Source of the DNA: the human T2T-CHM13v2.0 reference genome, Homo sapiens
NCBI RefSeq assembly: GCF_009914755.1
Contig: NC_060928.1
Length of the DNA stretch: 64,000 bases
Direction: 5' to 3' (one strand)
Under the pieces are notes generated by a model, which did not search any database, was not told the DNA's origin, and saw nothing but the letters and a program-made list of their open reading frames with translations. Positions 11,634 through 33,695 of this stretch are shown piece by piece. The first letter of the stretch is position 1. Each line of letters opens with the position of its first letter. The translations under genes and the position numbers were made by a program.

Positions 11634-13214
11634 TTTTATTTTATTTTATTTTTTTTATTGATCATTCTTGGGTGTTTCTCGCAGAGGGGGATTTGGCAGG
11701 GTCATACGACAATAGTGGAGGGAAGGTCAGCAGGTAAACAAGTGAACAAAGGTCTCTGGTTTTCCTAGGCAGAGGACCCTGCGGCCTTCCGCAGTGTTTG
11801 TGTCCCTGGGTACTTGAGATTAGGGAGTGGTGATGACTCTTAACGAGCATGCTGCCTTCAAGCATCTGTTTAACAAAGCACATCTTGCACCGCCCTTAAT
11901 CCATTTAACCCTGAGTGGACACAGCACATGTTTCAGAGAGCACAGGGTTGGAGGTAAGGTCACAGATCAACAGGATCCCAAGGCAGAAGAATTTTTCTTA
12001 GTACAGAACAAACTGAAAAGTCTCCCATGTCTACCTCTTTCTACACAGACACGGCAACCATCCGATTTCTCAATCTTTTCCCCACCTTTCCCCCCTTTCT
12101 ATTCCACAAAACCGCCATTGTCATCATGGCCCGTTCTCAATGAGCTGTTGGGTACACCTCCCAGACGGGGTGGTGGCCAGGCAGAGGGGCTCCTCACTTC
12201 CCAGTAGGGGCGGCCGGGCAGAGGCGCCCCTCACCTCCAGAATGGGGTGGCTGGCCGGGCGGGGGGCTGACCCCCCCACCTCCCTCCCGGACGGGGCGGC
12301 TGCCGGGCGGAGACGCTCCTCACTTCCCAGACGGGGTGGCTGCCGGGCGGAGGGGCTCCTCACTTCTCAGACGGGGCAGCTGCCGGGCGGAGGGGCTCCT
12401 CACTTCTCAGACGGGGCGGTTGCCAGGCAGAGGGTCTCCTCACTTCTCAGACGGGGCGGCCGGGCAGAGACGCTCCTCACCTCCCAGACGGGGTCGCGGC
12501 CGGGCAGAGGCGCTCCTCATATCCCAGACGGGGTGGCGGGGCAGAGGCGCTCCCCACATCTCAGACGATGGGCGGCCAGGCAGAGACGCTCCTCACTTCC
12601 TAGATGGGATGGCGGCCGAGCAGAGACGCTCCTCACTTTCCAGACTGGGCAGCCAGGCAGAGGGGCTCCTCACATCCCAGACGATGGGGGGCCAGGCAGA
12701 GACGCTCCTCACTTCCCAGAGGGGGTGGCAGCCAGGCAGAGGCTGCAATCTCGGCACTTTGGGAGGCCAAGGCAGGCGGCTGGGAGGTGGAGGTTGTAGC
12801 CAGCCGAGATCACGCCACTGCACTCCAGCCTGGGCACCATTGAGCACTGAGTGAACAAGACTCCGTCTGCAATCCCGGCACCTCGGGAGGCCGAGGCTGG
12901 CGGATCACTCGCGGTTAGGAGCTGGAGACCAGCCTGGCCAACACAGCAAAACCCCGTCTCCACCAAAAAAATACGAAAACCAGTCAGGTGTGGTGGCGCG
13001 CGCCTGCAATCGCAGGCACTCGGCAGGCTGAGGCAGGAGAATCAGGCAGGGAGGTTGCAGTGAGCCGAGATGGCAGCAGTACAGTCCAGCTTCGGCTGGG
13101 CATCAGAGGGAGACCGTGGAAAGAGAGGGAGAGGGAGACCGTAGAAAGAAAGGGAGAGGGAGACCGTAGAAAGAGAGGGAGAGGGAGAGGGAGACCGTGG
13201 GGAGAGGGAGAGGG
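11634..13214 (-). mobile_element. Full-length SVA retrotransposon (B/C-like, short VNTR)
   Basis: Poly-A, SINE-R (11660-12150), GC-rich VNTR, Alu-like domain, CCCTCT hexamer end; 18-bp TSD CAAAATTTTCTGATTTTA at 11616-11633 and 13215-13232. Confidence 0.97.
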
Positions 13215-13232
13215 CAAAATTTTCTGATTTTA

Positions 13233-13970
13233 AACTATCTTTGCACTCTGAGATAAATCCAACTTGTTCATGATATATTCTTATTTATATATTGCTAGAA
13301 CTATGTTGGCCAAAATTTATTTAGGATTTTGTAACTATATCCACAAATGAAATTGGCTTATAATTTATTTTTGTATTGTTCTGTTCAAAATTATATGTGT
13401 TCATAAGATAAGTTGGGAAACATTCCTCTTTTTCTGTTTAAAAAGTTATTAGATTATTCAGAAAACCATTTGTTATACATGTAACATTTCTTTGTAAGAT
13501 TGCGTTTTTGATGGTTTGATTTTTAACTGCTGATAAAATCATGGAAGCATGATTATTGATGTATGCAAGTTTTCTGTTCAAGTCTCTTTTGATATGTTAC
13601 ATTTATTTTAGGAAAATGTCCATTTTATCTTTTTTTTTCAATTGTCATTAAGTTGTGAACAGCATTCTCGTAGGGTTTTCAAAACCTCTATTCCCTCTTT
13701 GCAATGACTCATTTTAGTCCTAGTGTATTTGTGTGTGTGCTTTATCTCATTTTTTCTACTCAATCTTGCTTGCAAGTCATTCCATTTTATTTGTTTTTAC
13801 AGTCAATCAGCTTTAGGCTTTACAATCTTCTCTATCATTTCATCAACTTATGCTTTCTATTAATTCCTTGTATCTACTATTTTGGGGATTACTCTGTTGA
13901 GTGTTTATGTCATTACTTTTCAGTCGTTTCTTCTTTACTAAGATACAAGCATCTGAGATTATACACCTCC
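13233..13970 (-). mobile_element. Old L1M ORF2 remnant (host of the SVA; also ~11490-11615)
   Basis: T-rich, degenerate antisense L1 text. Confidence 0.55.
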
Positions 13971-13985
13971 CACTTACTACACTTT

Positions 13986-14344
13986 TTGAAAAATTTCAAC
14001 TTTTATTTTAGATACAAGGGGTACATGGCAGGTTTGTTACGTGGGTAGATTGCATGATGCTGAGGTTTGGGGTGTGGATCCCATCACCACCCAGGTAGTG
14101 GCATAGTATCCAATAGAGAGTTTTTCAGTCCACTTCCCCTACTTCCCTCCCCGCTCTAGTAGTCCACAGTGTCTGTTGTTCCCACGTTTATGTCCATGTG
14201 TGCTCAAAGTTTAGCTCCTACTTACAAATGAGAGCATGAGGTATTTTGTTTTCTGTTCCTGCGTTAATTCGCTTAGGATTATGGCCTCCAGCTATATCCA
14301 TGTTGCTGCAAAGTATGTGGTTTTGTTCTTTTTTATGGCTATGT
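13986..14344 (-). mobile_element. 5'-truncated L1PA15/16-like 3' end
   Basis: L1 3' UTR; TSD ACTTACTACACTTT at 13972 and 14345. Confidence 0.85.
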
Positions 14345-14389
14345 ACTTACTACACTTTCGATGTGTTCTGCATATTATACTTCTCATGA

Positions 14390-14695
<306 letters not shown>

Positions 14696-14719
14696 TCAGT
14701 TACATATTATTTTCTAAGT

Positions 14720-14925
14720 GAAGAAGCAGTTTGGGATTGTGTTAAAAAGGATGTGTTCTGCCTCTGGGCAGAATCACACTGTTCCTCAGTTTCATTATCT
14801 GTAAAGTGGAAATAATGACAGTTCTTACTTGGGGTCCTATCAGGATTAAATGAGCTAAACATGTAAAATGCATGGAAGAATGTCTGGCACATCATAAAAG
14901 CTCAACTACTGTTGGTAATTATCAT
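14720..14925 (+). mobile_element. MIR
   Basis: CCTCAGTTTCATTATCTGTAAAGTGG..GGATTAAATGAG MIR core. Confidence 0.75.
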
Positions 14926-16383
14926 TGTTATAATTTTTTGATTTTTAAGTTTTTAGAAGGTTTTTTAATCTCTAGAAATATATCCTTTGTTGCCTATTTT
15001 TTTATTAATTTTGAATTATTGTACTGAGGTAAGAGAATGCAGTCAATATGATAAAAAATGTTTTGCTCTCTACTGAAATTCCAGTATCATTTTTCACAGA
15101 AATAGGAAAAAACTCCTAAAATTCACATGGAACCACAAAAAAAACCCCAAATAGCCAAAGCAATTCTGAAAAAAAAAAGTTGGAAACATGAAACTTCCTG
15201 ATTTAAATTTATATTACAAAGTTATAGTAACCAACACAGTCTGATACTGGCATAAAAACAGACACATAGACCAGTGGAATCAAATACAGAGTCCCAAAAT
15301 AAATCCAAACACAGATAATCAACGAACTTTTTTTTTTTTTTTGAGACAGAGTCTCGCTCTGTCGCCCAGGCTGGAGTGCATTGGCATGATCTCAGCTAAC
15401 TGCAACCTCCGCCTCCTGGTGCAAGTGATTCTCATGCTTCAGCCTCCCGAGTAGCTGGGATTACAGGTGCCCACCACCACATCCGGCTAATTTTTGTATT
15501 TTTAGTAGGGATGAGATTTTACCATGTTGGCCAAGCTGATCTCAAACTCCTGACCTCAGGTGATCTGCCCACCTCAGCCTCCCAAAGTGTGGGATTACGG
15601 GTGTGAGCCACTGCACCCAGCTGGTCAACTAATTTCTGACAAGGGAATCAAAAAAATACAATGGGCAAAGGATCATCTCTTCAGTAAATGGTGCTGGGAA
15701 AACTGGATTTCCACATGCAAAAGAATAAAATTAGATCCCTATCTTACACATGCATAGAAGTCAACTCAAAATGAATGAAAGACTTAAAATATAAGACCTG
15801 AAACTGTAAAACTACTAGAAAATAACATAAGGGAAAGGCTCCATGACATTGGTCTGGGCAAGGATTTCTTTGGATAGGAACCCAAATGTTCAGGCAACAA
15901 AAGCAAAGACAGACAAGATTGCATCAAACTAAAAAGCTTCTGCACAAGAAAACAACTAGCAAAGTGATGAGACAACCCACAGAGTGGGAAAAAATATTTG
16001 CAAATTATATATGTAATGAAGGTTAGTATCCAAAATATATAAGGAATTCAAACTACTCAATGGCATGAAAACAAATAACCCAATTACAAAATGGACAAAG
16101 AACCTGAACAGACACTTCTCAAAAGAAGACATAAAAGTGGTCATCAGGTTCATGAAAAAAAAAATGCTCAACATTACTAATCATCAGGGAAATGCAAATT
16201 AAAACTGCAATGAGATACCACTCCCACCTGTTAGAATGGCTCTTATCAAAAAGAAGAAAGGTAAGTATTGGTGAGGATGTAGAGAAAAGGGAACCTTTGT
16301 AACGCATTGTTGGTGGGAATAAAAATTAGTACTGTCATTATGGAAAATGGTATGGAGATTCCTCAAAAATCTGAACATAGAAC

Positions 16384-18200
16384 TGAGAGGTGACAGCGTG
16401 CCGGCAGCCCTTGCTCACTCTCGGCGCCTCCTGCGCCTCGGGGCCCACTCTGGCCGTGCTTGAGGAGCCCTTCACCCCTCCGCTGCACTATGGGAGCCCC
16501 TCTCTGGGCTGGCTGAGGTCGCAGCCGACTCCCTCTGCTTGCAGGGAGGTGTATGGGGAGACGCCCAGGCGGGAACTGGGGCTGCGCCCGTGCTTGCGGA
16601 CCAGTGCGAGTTCAGGGTGGGTGTGGGCTCTGCAGGCCCCGCACTCAGAGTGGCCGGCCGGCACCGCCGGCACCAGGCAGTGAGGAGCTTAGCACCCAGG
16701 CCAGCAGCTGCAGAGGGTGCGCTGGGTCCCCCAGCAGTGCCGGCCCTGCGCTGGAATTCTTGCTGGGCCTCAGCTGCCTCCCTGCAGGGCAGGGCTCCAG
16801 ACCTGCAGCCTGCCACGTGCCAGACTCCCCCACGCTGTGGGCTCCTGCTCAGCGGAGCCTCCCCAACAAGCGCTGCCCCCTGCTCCACGGTACCCGGTCC
16901 CATCGACCACCCAAGGGCTGAGGAGTGCAGGCACACGGCACGGGACTGGCGGGCAGCTCCACCTGCAGCCCCAGTGCAGGATCCACTAGGTGAAGCCAGC
17001 TGGGCTCCTGAGTCTAGTGGGGACTTGGAGAACCTTTATGTCTAGCTAAGGGATTGTAGATACACCAATCAGCACTCTGTGTCTAGCTCAAGGTTTGTAA
17101 ATACACCAATCAGCACCCTGTGTCTAGCTCAAGGTTTGTAAATACACCAATCAGCACTGTGTCTAGCTCAAGGTTTGTAAATACACCAATCAGCACTCTG
17201 TGTCTAGCTCAAGGTTTGTAAATGCACCAATCAGCACTCTGTGTCTAGCTCAAGGTTTGTGAATGCACCAATCAGCACTCTGTATCTGGCTAATCTGTGG
17301 GGACTTGGAGAACCTTTATGTCTAGCTAAGGGATTGTAAATACACCAATCAGCACCCTGTGTCTAGCTCAAGGTTTGTAAATGCACCAATCAGCACTCTG
17401 TGTCTAGCTCAAGGTTTGTGAATGCACCAATCAGCACTCTGTATCTGGCTAATCTGTGGGGACTTGGAGAACCTTTATGTCTAGCTAAGGGATTGTAAAT
17501 ACACCAATCAGCACCCTGTGTCTAGCTCAAGGTTTGTAAATGCACCAATCAGTGCTCTGTGTCTAGCTAATCTAGTGCGGACTTGGAGAACTTGTGTGTC
17601 TAGCTCAGGGATGGTAAACACACCAATCAGCACCCTGTCAAAATGGACCAATCAGCTTTCTGTAAAACCAACCAATCAGCTCTCTGTAAAATGGACTAAT
17701 CAGCAGGATGTGGGTGGGGCCAGATAAGGGAATAAAAGGAGGCTGCATGAGCCAGCAGTGGCAACCCACTCGCGTCCTCTTCCACGCTGTGGAAGCTTTG
17801 TTCTTTTGTTCTTTGCAATAAGTTTTGCTGCTGCTCAGTTTTTGGGTCCGCACTGACTTTATGAGGTGTAACACTCGCTGCGAAGGTCTGCAGCTTCACT
17901 CCTGAAGCCAGGAAGACCACGAACCCACCAGGAGGAATGAACAACTCTGGACGAGAGGAACGAACAATTCCAGATGCACTGTCTTAAGAGCTGTAACACT
18001 CACCATGAAGGTCTGCAGCTTCACTCCTGAAGCCAGCAAGACCATGAACCCACCAGAAGGAAGAAACTCCGAACATGTCCAAACATCAGAAGGAGCAAAC
18101 TCTGGACACATCACTTTTAAGAACTGTAACACTCACTGTGAGGGTCCACGGCTTCATTCTTGAAGTCAGTGAGATCAAGAACCCACCAATTCCAGACACA
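16384..18200 (+). mobile_element. Solo LTR12 (ERV9; D/E-like)
   Basis: TGAGAGGTGACAGCGTG start, ..CCAATTCCAGACACA end, 4-bp TSD GAAC, tandem CCAATCAG array. Confidence 0.96.
17060..17760 (+). promoter_or_regulatory. LTR12 U3 enhancer/promoter: 14 CCAAT (NF-Y) boxes, GATA site, AATAAAA TATA-like box
   Basis: 14 CCAATCAG motifs counted between 17065 and 17680; AGATAAG near 17722; AATAAAA at 17731. Confidence 0.75.
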
Positions 18201-18393
18201 GAACTACCGTGTCATCCAGCAATCTCATTTCTGGGTGCATATCCAAAAAAATTGAAATCAATATGTCAAAGTAATATCTATATTCATTGCAACATTAGTC
18301 CCAATAGCCAAGATAAGGAATCAACTAATGTCCATGAACAGATGAATGGATAAAGAAAATATAGCATATGTATACACAATGGAATACTAATCA

Positions 18394-18749
<356 letters not shown>

Positions 18750-19244
18750 CTAAAAATAGTTGAACTCGTAGAAGCAGAGAGTAGAATGGTGGTTACCAGA
18801 GGCTGAATGGTTTACTAGAGGCTGAGTGGGAGAGAGAATGGGGTGTTGCTGGTCAAAGGGTACGAAGTTTTAGCTAGACAGGAGGAATAAGTTTTCAGAT
18901 CTACTGTACAGCAGAGTGACTATAGTCAATAATAATGTATATTTCAAAATATCTAAGAGAGGAAAGTTCAATTGTATTAACACAAAAAATGTTGAGTGAG
19001 ATGATGTATTTGTTAACTAGCTTGATTCAATCATTCTACATTGTATGCATATACCAAAGTATCATTGTATTCTATAAATATAATACAATTATGATTTATC
19101 AAATAAAGTAATATTAATTTTAAAAAGTTTTTGTATTGGTATTTCCTTTGTGACCCTAACATGTTACATGTATGCCTAAACATTATGTGTGTTCTCTGCT
19201 TGTGAGCCATAGAAGTTTTCTGTTTGTTTAGTTTTTGGGTTTTT

Positions 19245-19553
19245 TTTTGGTTTTTTTTGAGATGAAGTTTCGCTTTTGTTGCCCAGGCTGGAGTGCAATG
19301 GCACTATCTTCTCTCAGCACAACCTCTGCCTCCCTGGTTCAAAGGATTCTCCTTGCAGCCTCCTAAGTAGCTGGGATTACAGGCCCATGCCACCAAGCCT
19401 GGCTAATTTTTTTTTTAATTTTTTTTTATTTTTAGTAGAGACAGGGTTTCGCCATGTTGCCCAGGCTGGTCTCCAACTCCTGACCTCAAGTGATCGGCCC
19501 GCCTCAGCTTTCCAAAGTACTAGGATTACAGGCGTAAGCCACCACACCAGGCC
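19245..19553 (-). mobile_element. Alu (old S/J)
   Basis: Alu consensus. Confidence 0.9.
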
Positions 19554-21339
19554 TCCATTTAACTATTTTTTAAATCCCCAATAATACTTTTTGCCTTCAA
19601 CACCAAGATGCCCAATATTGTTATAGCCCACAAGTTTTGTTCCATTTTTTGTTTTGTTTTGTTTTGTTTTGTTTTGTTTTCGGATAGTAGATGTTTGGTT
19701 GCCCTTTTTTGATTGTTTACTTTTGACTTTTCCATATCAGTAGGTATATCTCTTATAACAGAATACAGCAAGAATCTTTAAAACACAAGTTTTAACTGAT
19801 ACTTTATCTATTTATATTTGTTAGAATTACTGATATATTGGATTTATTTCTGCAATCTTGTTTTTGTGCTTCTTTCCATACTTTGCTTCTTATTTTTCCT
19901 TTCTCATCCCCTAGTAAATTAACCATTTTCATCATCCCTCCCTTTTATTTTCAACTCATTTTAAAGTTCTATGTTCTCTTTATTCTTTTAGGAATTACCC
20001 TTACATTTTCTTGATGTATTTTGACTTAAAACCAAAGTTAATCAATATGCTTACTCATTTCCCAAACATCATTAGGATTTAAAAACACATTTTAAAACTC
20101 CCAAAACCTTATGTGTCATTTTTCCAGTAGTTTAGTTACAACATTGTTTTTACACCCTCAAATTAGCTATTATTGAGTTTGTTCTTTGACATAGTTAGTG
20201 CTTTTTAGACTTTGCCGAAAGTTTATAAATTTCCTTGCTTTCTATTTATTTTTGTAACTTGGTCTTTCCTTCTGAGCACAGTTATCTTATTCCTGAGGAG
20301 GAAAATCAAATGGTTCTGTCAGTGAGTCTGTGAAGGCAAATACATGGTAGTGGTGTTCCCAAGCCAAGAAATGCACATAAACTGGTATCCTTGAGCTGGG
20401 ACTGTGGATTTATGCTGATCTTTCTCTTCGAGGTTATTGCCTTTCACAGTTCTCAGATTTATGCAGGGATCTCAGTTCTTACCTTCCGTCAACAGTAGGC
20501 CTAAGGCCCCATTCCTTGCGCCTGCATGAAAGTTAAACCCAGGTCCCTGTTCTCCAGGGACGCTCGCCTACGGCTGCTTCAGACCATGTGCTAGCAGCTC
20601 TGGTTGTCATTTCTGGATATTTCTCTGGGCAATGCTTTCTTGAGCACTCAGGTTTACATTTTAGAAAATATTTGTTCTATTTTTACTAGCATTTGTAGTT
20701 CTTTAGGGGAGAATTTTCAAAACATTAGGTCCACAGTATTGACAAGCCAGAAGTCTTAGATCTACAGTTTATTTTACAAAAATTTCCTTTCTGGATTTGG
20801 ATCATATTTTTCTGTGACACCGTCATGTATAACTTTTCTCTCTCCCAAAAGGCTTCAGTAAATTCTAAAATACATTGTATAAATGAAATTTTTCAAAATA
20901 ACTTTAATAACCACTTTTACACTGAGCAGAATATGTCTCTCATTCTCTCAAAAATGGTCAGGAGATAATTTTTTCATTTATGAGTTTCTATTGCAGCTTT
21001 CATTTTCTTAGGTAGACACAGTTTCAGAGACAATTCAATTTCAAGTTTGTTGCTGCTATTATAAAATATGGACTCAGTATAGACATTTAGAATACTAAAT
21101 GGTTCATAGAAATAAAATGTTTCTGCACTAGACAGGCAGGCTGCCAATAGTTTCCTAGTATAAGTTCTGGCAAATCCCTTTCCCAAGAACCTTATGAACC
21201 AGGTAACCCTGTGAGGAATGCACATTACAAACTCCTGAACACACTAAATATATAAATTGCTTTTCAGAATATCTTTAGCAATAAGTTCTTTGGTGATATG
21301 TTAGTGGCAGCCTCAAAAGGTCCTAATTTTATGTGTCAG

Positions 21340-21369
<30 letters not shown>
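21340..21369. repeat. (CA)n microsatellite
   Basis: About 14-15 CA units. Confidence 0.95.
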
Positions 21370-21371
<2 letters not shown>

Positions 21372-21569
21372 TTGTTTGTTTTCTAAATCGACATATCTGG
21401 AAAAGGATAATATTGGGTTCATGTCTCCCCTTATGGCCAAAGAAAAACAGTAATGGAGAAAGAAAGAAAAAAAAAAAGCTCCCCTGTTGATGTGCCCTGT
21501 ACTGTGATTAAGATAAAGAAAAGATTTTTCTAGATCATAAAAGTCAGCATCTTATTAGTGTCCAGGAAC

Positions 21570-23400
21570 TCAATAAAATATTAGCAAATCAAATTCAACA
21601 ACACATCAAAAAGATTAAACATTATGATCAAGTGGGATTGATTGCTGGCAGGCAAGGCTGGTTTAACACATGCAAATCAATCAATGAGATACATCACATT
21701 AATAGACTAAAACATGAAAACCACACAATCAGATCAATTGACACAGAAAAAGCATTTGACAAAGTTTAACATTCCTTCTTGATAAAAAATTCTTAACAGT
21801 TTAGGTATAGAAAGAAAGTTCCTCAACACAAGAAATACCATTTACAAAAACCCACAGCTAACATCATAATAAGGGGAGAAACTGAAAACTTTTCCTCTAA
21901 GACCTGGTACAAGGCAGGGATGCCCATTCTTACCACCCTATTCAACATAGTACTGAAAGTCCTATCAAGAGCAATTAGACAAGGAAAAGAGACAAAATCT
22001 ATCTGAATTGGAAAGGAAGAAGTAAAATTATCTCTATCTGCAGATTACATGATTCTATATGTAGAAAATCCCAAAGATTCCACCAAAAACTGTTAAATAT
22101 AATGAATAAATTCAATAAAGTTGCAAAATATAAAATCAGCATGGAGAAATATGTGGCTTTTCTATACACAAGTAACAACTTAGCTGAAAAATTTAAAAAC
22201 CATAGATCATGATGCTCATCTAAAGAGGAAAAAGAAAGATGAAAGGAAAGTAGTTAATTAAAATTTTTTTAAAGAAATTTAAAAACCATCCCATTTACAA
22301 TATCATAAAAAATAGGAATAAATTAACCCAGGAGGCGATAAATCTGTACAATGAGACCTATGAAATAATGATGAAAGAAATGGAAAAGGACACAAATAAA
22401 TGGAAACATATTCCATGCTCATGGACCAGAAGAACTGATGTTGTTAAATGTCTATGCTACCCACAGCAACATGTGGATTCAATGCATCTTGACCAAAATC
22501 CCAACAACATTCCTCATAGAAATAGAAAAAACAATCCTAAAATTCATATAGAACTGCAAAAAAACTCCTAATAGCCAAAGCCATTCTGAAAAAAAAAAAA
22601 AAATTTGGAGACATCACACTTCCTGATTTAAATTTATATTACAAAGCTATAGTAACCAACACAGTATGGTACTGGCATAAAAACGAACACATAGACCAGT
22701 GGAACAGAATGGAGAGCCCAGAAATAAATCTAAACACATATGGCCAACTAATTTTCAAAAAGGGTACCAAAAAGACACAGTAGGGAAACTATAATCTCTT
22801 CAATAAATAGTGCTGGGAAAACTGAATTTCCACATTCAAGAGAATGAAATTGGACTCATCTCACACCATACACAAAAAAACTCAAAATGGATAAAAGACC
22901 TAAAGGTAAGGCATGAAACCATAAAACTCCCAGAAGTGTGCATAGAGTAAAAGCCTTGGCAATGATTTCTTGAATACCACAGTAAAATCCAGGCTACAAA
23001 AGTAAAAATGAATAAAGGGACTATATCAAACAAAAAGACTTCTGCATAGCAAAGGATACAATCAACAAAATAAAAAGGCAATTTACACATTAGAAAAAAA
23101 TATATTTGCTAACTATATAACAGATGAGGGGTTAAGGTCCAAGATTTATAAAGAACTTGTACAACTTAATAGCAAAAAATCCCATATAACCCGATTTATA
23201 AATTTCTCCAAAGATGACATAAAAGTGGACAACAGCTATATGAAAAGCTTCTCAGCAACACTAATGATTATGGAGATCAAAACCATTATGACATATCACC
23301 TCACACCTGTTAGAATAGCCATTATCAAAAAGACAAGAAATAACAAGTTTGGGGAGGGTATGAAGGAAAAGGAACACTTGCATGCTGTTGGCGGGAATGT
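21570..23400 (+). mobile_element. L1M/L1MA ORF2 (reverse transcriptase region) remnant
   Basis: Decayed GTRQGCP and L.ADYMI.Y (YADD-type) codons; MKEMEKDTNKWKHIPCSW. Confidence 0.88.
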
Positions 23401-26830
<3,430 letters not shown>

Positions 26831-27908
26831 TTATGTTTAATTAACATGAATACATAACAGTTATACATATTTATGGGGTACATGTGATATTTTAAAACAA
26901 ACAAGCAATGTGTAGTAATCAAATTAGGGTAATTAGAATATCCAAAACCTCAAATATTTATCATTTCTTTGTATTAGAAACATTATAATTCCACTGTTTT
27001 AGTCATTTTGAAATATACAATAAATTATTATTAACTATAGTCACCCTATTATGCTCCCAAATACTAGGTCTTATTCCTTCTATCTAACTGTATTTTTGTA
27101 TCCATTAACTATTCCCTTTTTCTGTCCACCCTTCCCCTCCCGACCAATTACCCTTCCTAGCTTCTGGTAACCATCATTCTACTCTCTATTTCCATGAGTT
27201 TACTTTTTCTTCCAAACTCCCACAGATAAGTAAGAACATGAGATATTTGTTTTTCTGTGCCTCACTTTTTTTCACTTGACATAGTATCCTCTAGCTCCAT
27301 CCATGTTGTTGCAAATGACAGGATTTCATTCTCTTTTGTGGCTGAATAATATTCCATTGTGTATATACCCCACATTTTCTTTATCCATTCATCCATTAGT
27401 GGGCACTTAGGTCGACTCCATGTCTTGTCTGTTGTGAATAGTGCTGCAATAAACCTGGGAGTACACATATCTCTTTGACATACTGATCTCCTTTCTTTTG
27501 AATATATACCTATCAGTGAGATTGCTAGATCACATGGTCATTCTATGTTTAGTTTTTTGAGGAACCTCCATACTGTTGTCCATAGTGGCTATACTAATTT
27601 ACATTCCAACCAACAGTGTACAGGTGTTCCCCTTTCTCCACATCCTCTCCAGCATTTATTATTGCCTGTCTTTTGAATAAAAGCTATTTTAACTGGGGTG
27701 AGTTAATATCTTATTGTAGTTTTGATTTGCATTTCTCTGATGATTAGTGATATTAGACATTTTTTCATATACCTGTTGGCCATTTGCATGTCTTCCTTTG
27801 AGAAATGTCTAGTCAGATTGATTGCCCATTTTTAATTGGATTACTTGGGATTTTCTTCTATTGAGTTGTTTCAACTTTTTAAATATTCTGGTTAAGAATC
27901 CCTTGTCA
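26831..27908 (-). mobile_element. L1MA 3' end
   Basis: [33 protein letters not shown]2 C-terminus plus 3' UTR. Confidence 0.88.
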
Positions 27909-28727
<819 letters not shown>

Positions 28728-29358
28728 TTTAGATAGAAGTTTCCGGGTAGCTGTGTGGAAAAATCACCATAGCAAACATGATGGGATCCCCCTTCATGTT
28801 TCCCACACTCAGTAAAGCAGCCCTGTGCAGACAGAGCTGCTCCTCTGTGCTTTTCACTATTGCTTTGGGCGATAGAATAGCTATACATGTAGAGTTTAGC
28901 CATTAGTTATAAAGCCAGCCGGTGTAACCGTGACCAGAGTGAAGGAAAGCTGTGGCAGTTGTCCCAGAGCCACTCCTGATGCCTCCTCCCTCGCTCCCTG
29001 CAGAAGTCACCACTCGCCTGACTTTTGTGGTAGTAATTTATTTGCTCTTTATCTCCTCCATGTGTGCACTCTAAACAACAGAGAATCGCTTTGTCTATTT
29101 ATGAACTTTTTAAGGAACTTTAAATAAAACCATGATGTTTATATTGCTTTGTGATTTGTTTTCTCCTTGGCATTGGTTCACCCTGGTCGTGAGTAGCTTA
29201 ATTCATTCATTAGGGTTGCTATATAGTAATCGCTCTATGACCATACCATGATTGATTGATTGATTCTCTTGTTGCTCTGCTATATTTTATGACAATAACC
29301 TCCTCCAAGTCCTCTGTATTTACCACTGTGCCTCCCATCCTCTGCACCCAAGGGGTGA

Positions 29359-29985
<627 letters not shown>

Positions 29986-30059
29986 TGAGTTAGACATAGT
30001 TAAAGCACATCTTTCTTTTCCCCATTGAATTGAATAATCAAGATTAAAGAAATTCACTT

Positions 30060-30390
30060 GTTCTTTTTTTAAAAGTGGTAAAATATACATAACAGAAAAG
30101 TTACCATTTGAACAATTTTTAGGTATACAATCCAGTGGCATTAAGTATATTCACATTTTTTCTGCAACAATTACTACTATCCATTTCCAGAACTTTTTCA
30201 TCATCCCAAACAGGAACTGTTCTTTTTAAGCACTATTAGTTCCTTTTAAGCACTAATTCCCATTCCTCCCTCCCCTCTAGCTCCTGGAAACCACTGTTCT
30301 CCTTCCTGTCTCTATGGATTTGACAATTCTAGGTACCTCATATACAGGCAGTCGTACAATATCTTGCCTTTTGTGACTGGCTCCTTTCAT
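30060..30390 (-). mobile_element. L1MB 3' end fragment
   Basis: GTGGTAAAATATACATAAC..TTTCCAGAACTTTTTCATCATCCCAAAC. Confidence 0.75.
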
Positions 30391-30692
30391 CACGTGATGA
30401 TTTTGACTCACGAATTAAATGAAGTGTCATGAATAGTTAAAAAGTAAAATTCAAGCCCCAGATCCAATTCAGAGACCAGCCTTGCACGTGTATTCCTTTA
30501 ACTTCTCCCACCTCTTGCCACAGTGCCAGGCCGGGCTCCTGTGATGCTGGTGGCTGGAGAGCTATCAATTCCAGACCCACCAGGGAGAATGAACGGGAAA
30601 TCCTAGAGTTGTTTCACTGGAAGGCTGTGAAGTGGTTTCCTTAAAACTGTTAGTTGCTTTTGCCACAGTATCGTCTGATTGAATAACCATAG

Positions 30693-31114
<422 letters not shown>

Positions 31115-31339
31115 TGAACATCCACCTAACAACCCAAATCAAGATATAGAACTTGGCCAGCACCCAAAAGTCCCCCGACTCCCTCTCCCACTAGAGAGAA
31201 TAACCATTCATCTTGACTTTTACAAGAATAATTTCCTTGCTTTTCTTTGCAGTTCTACCATCCATGAATGCAAGCTTTGCTCACTTTTGAATTTTATGTA
31301 AGTAGAATTTTATTGTATGTATTATTTTGTGACCTGCTT

Positions 31340-33695
<2,356 letters not shown>

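Noticed and set aside
11662-13227. Many long ORFs, including the 219-aa ORF 12140-12799
   Set aside because: They are read-through of the GC-rich SVA VNTR, SINE-R and Alu-like domains, not genes.
16390-17045. Overlapping 90-168 aa ORFs and a CpG-island-like patch
   Set aside because: This is the GC-rich U3 of LTR12; stops are scarce because of base composition.
17040-17700. Regular ~41-bp repeats resembling a CRISPR array
   Set aside because: No unique spacers; it is the known LTR12 tandem enhancer in eukaryotic DNA.
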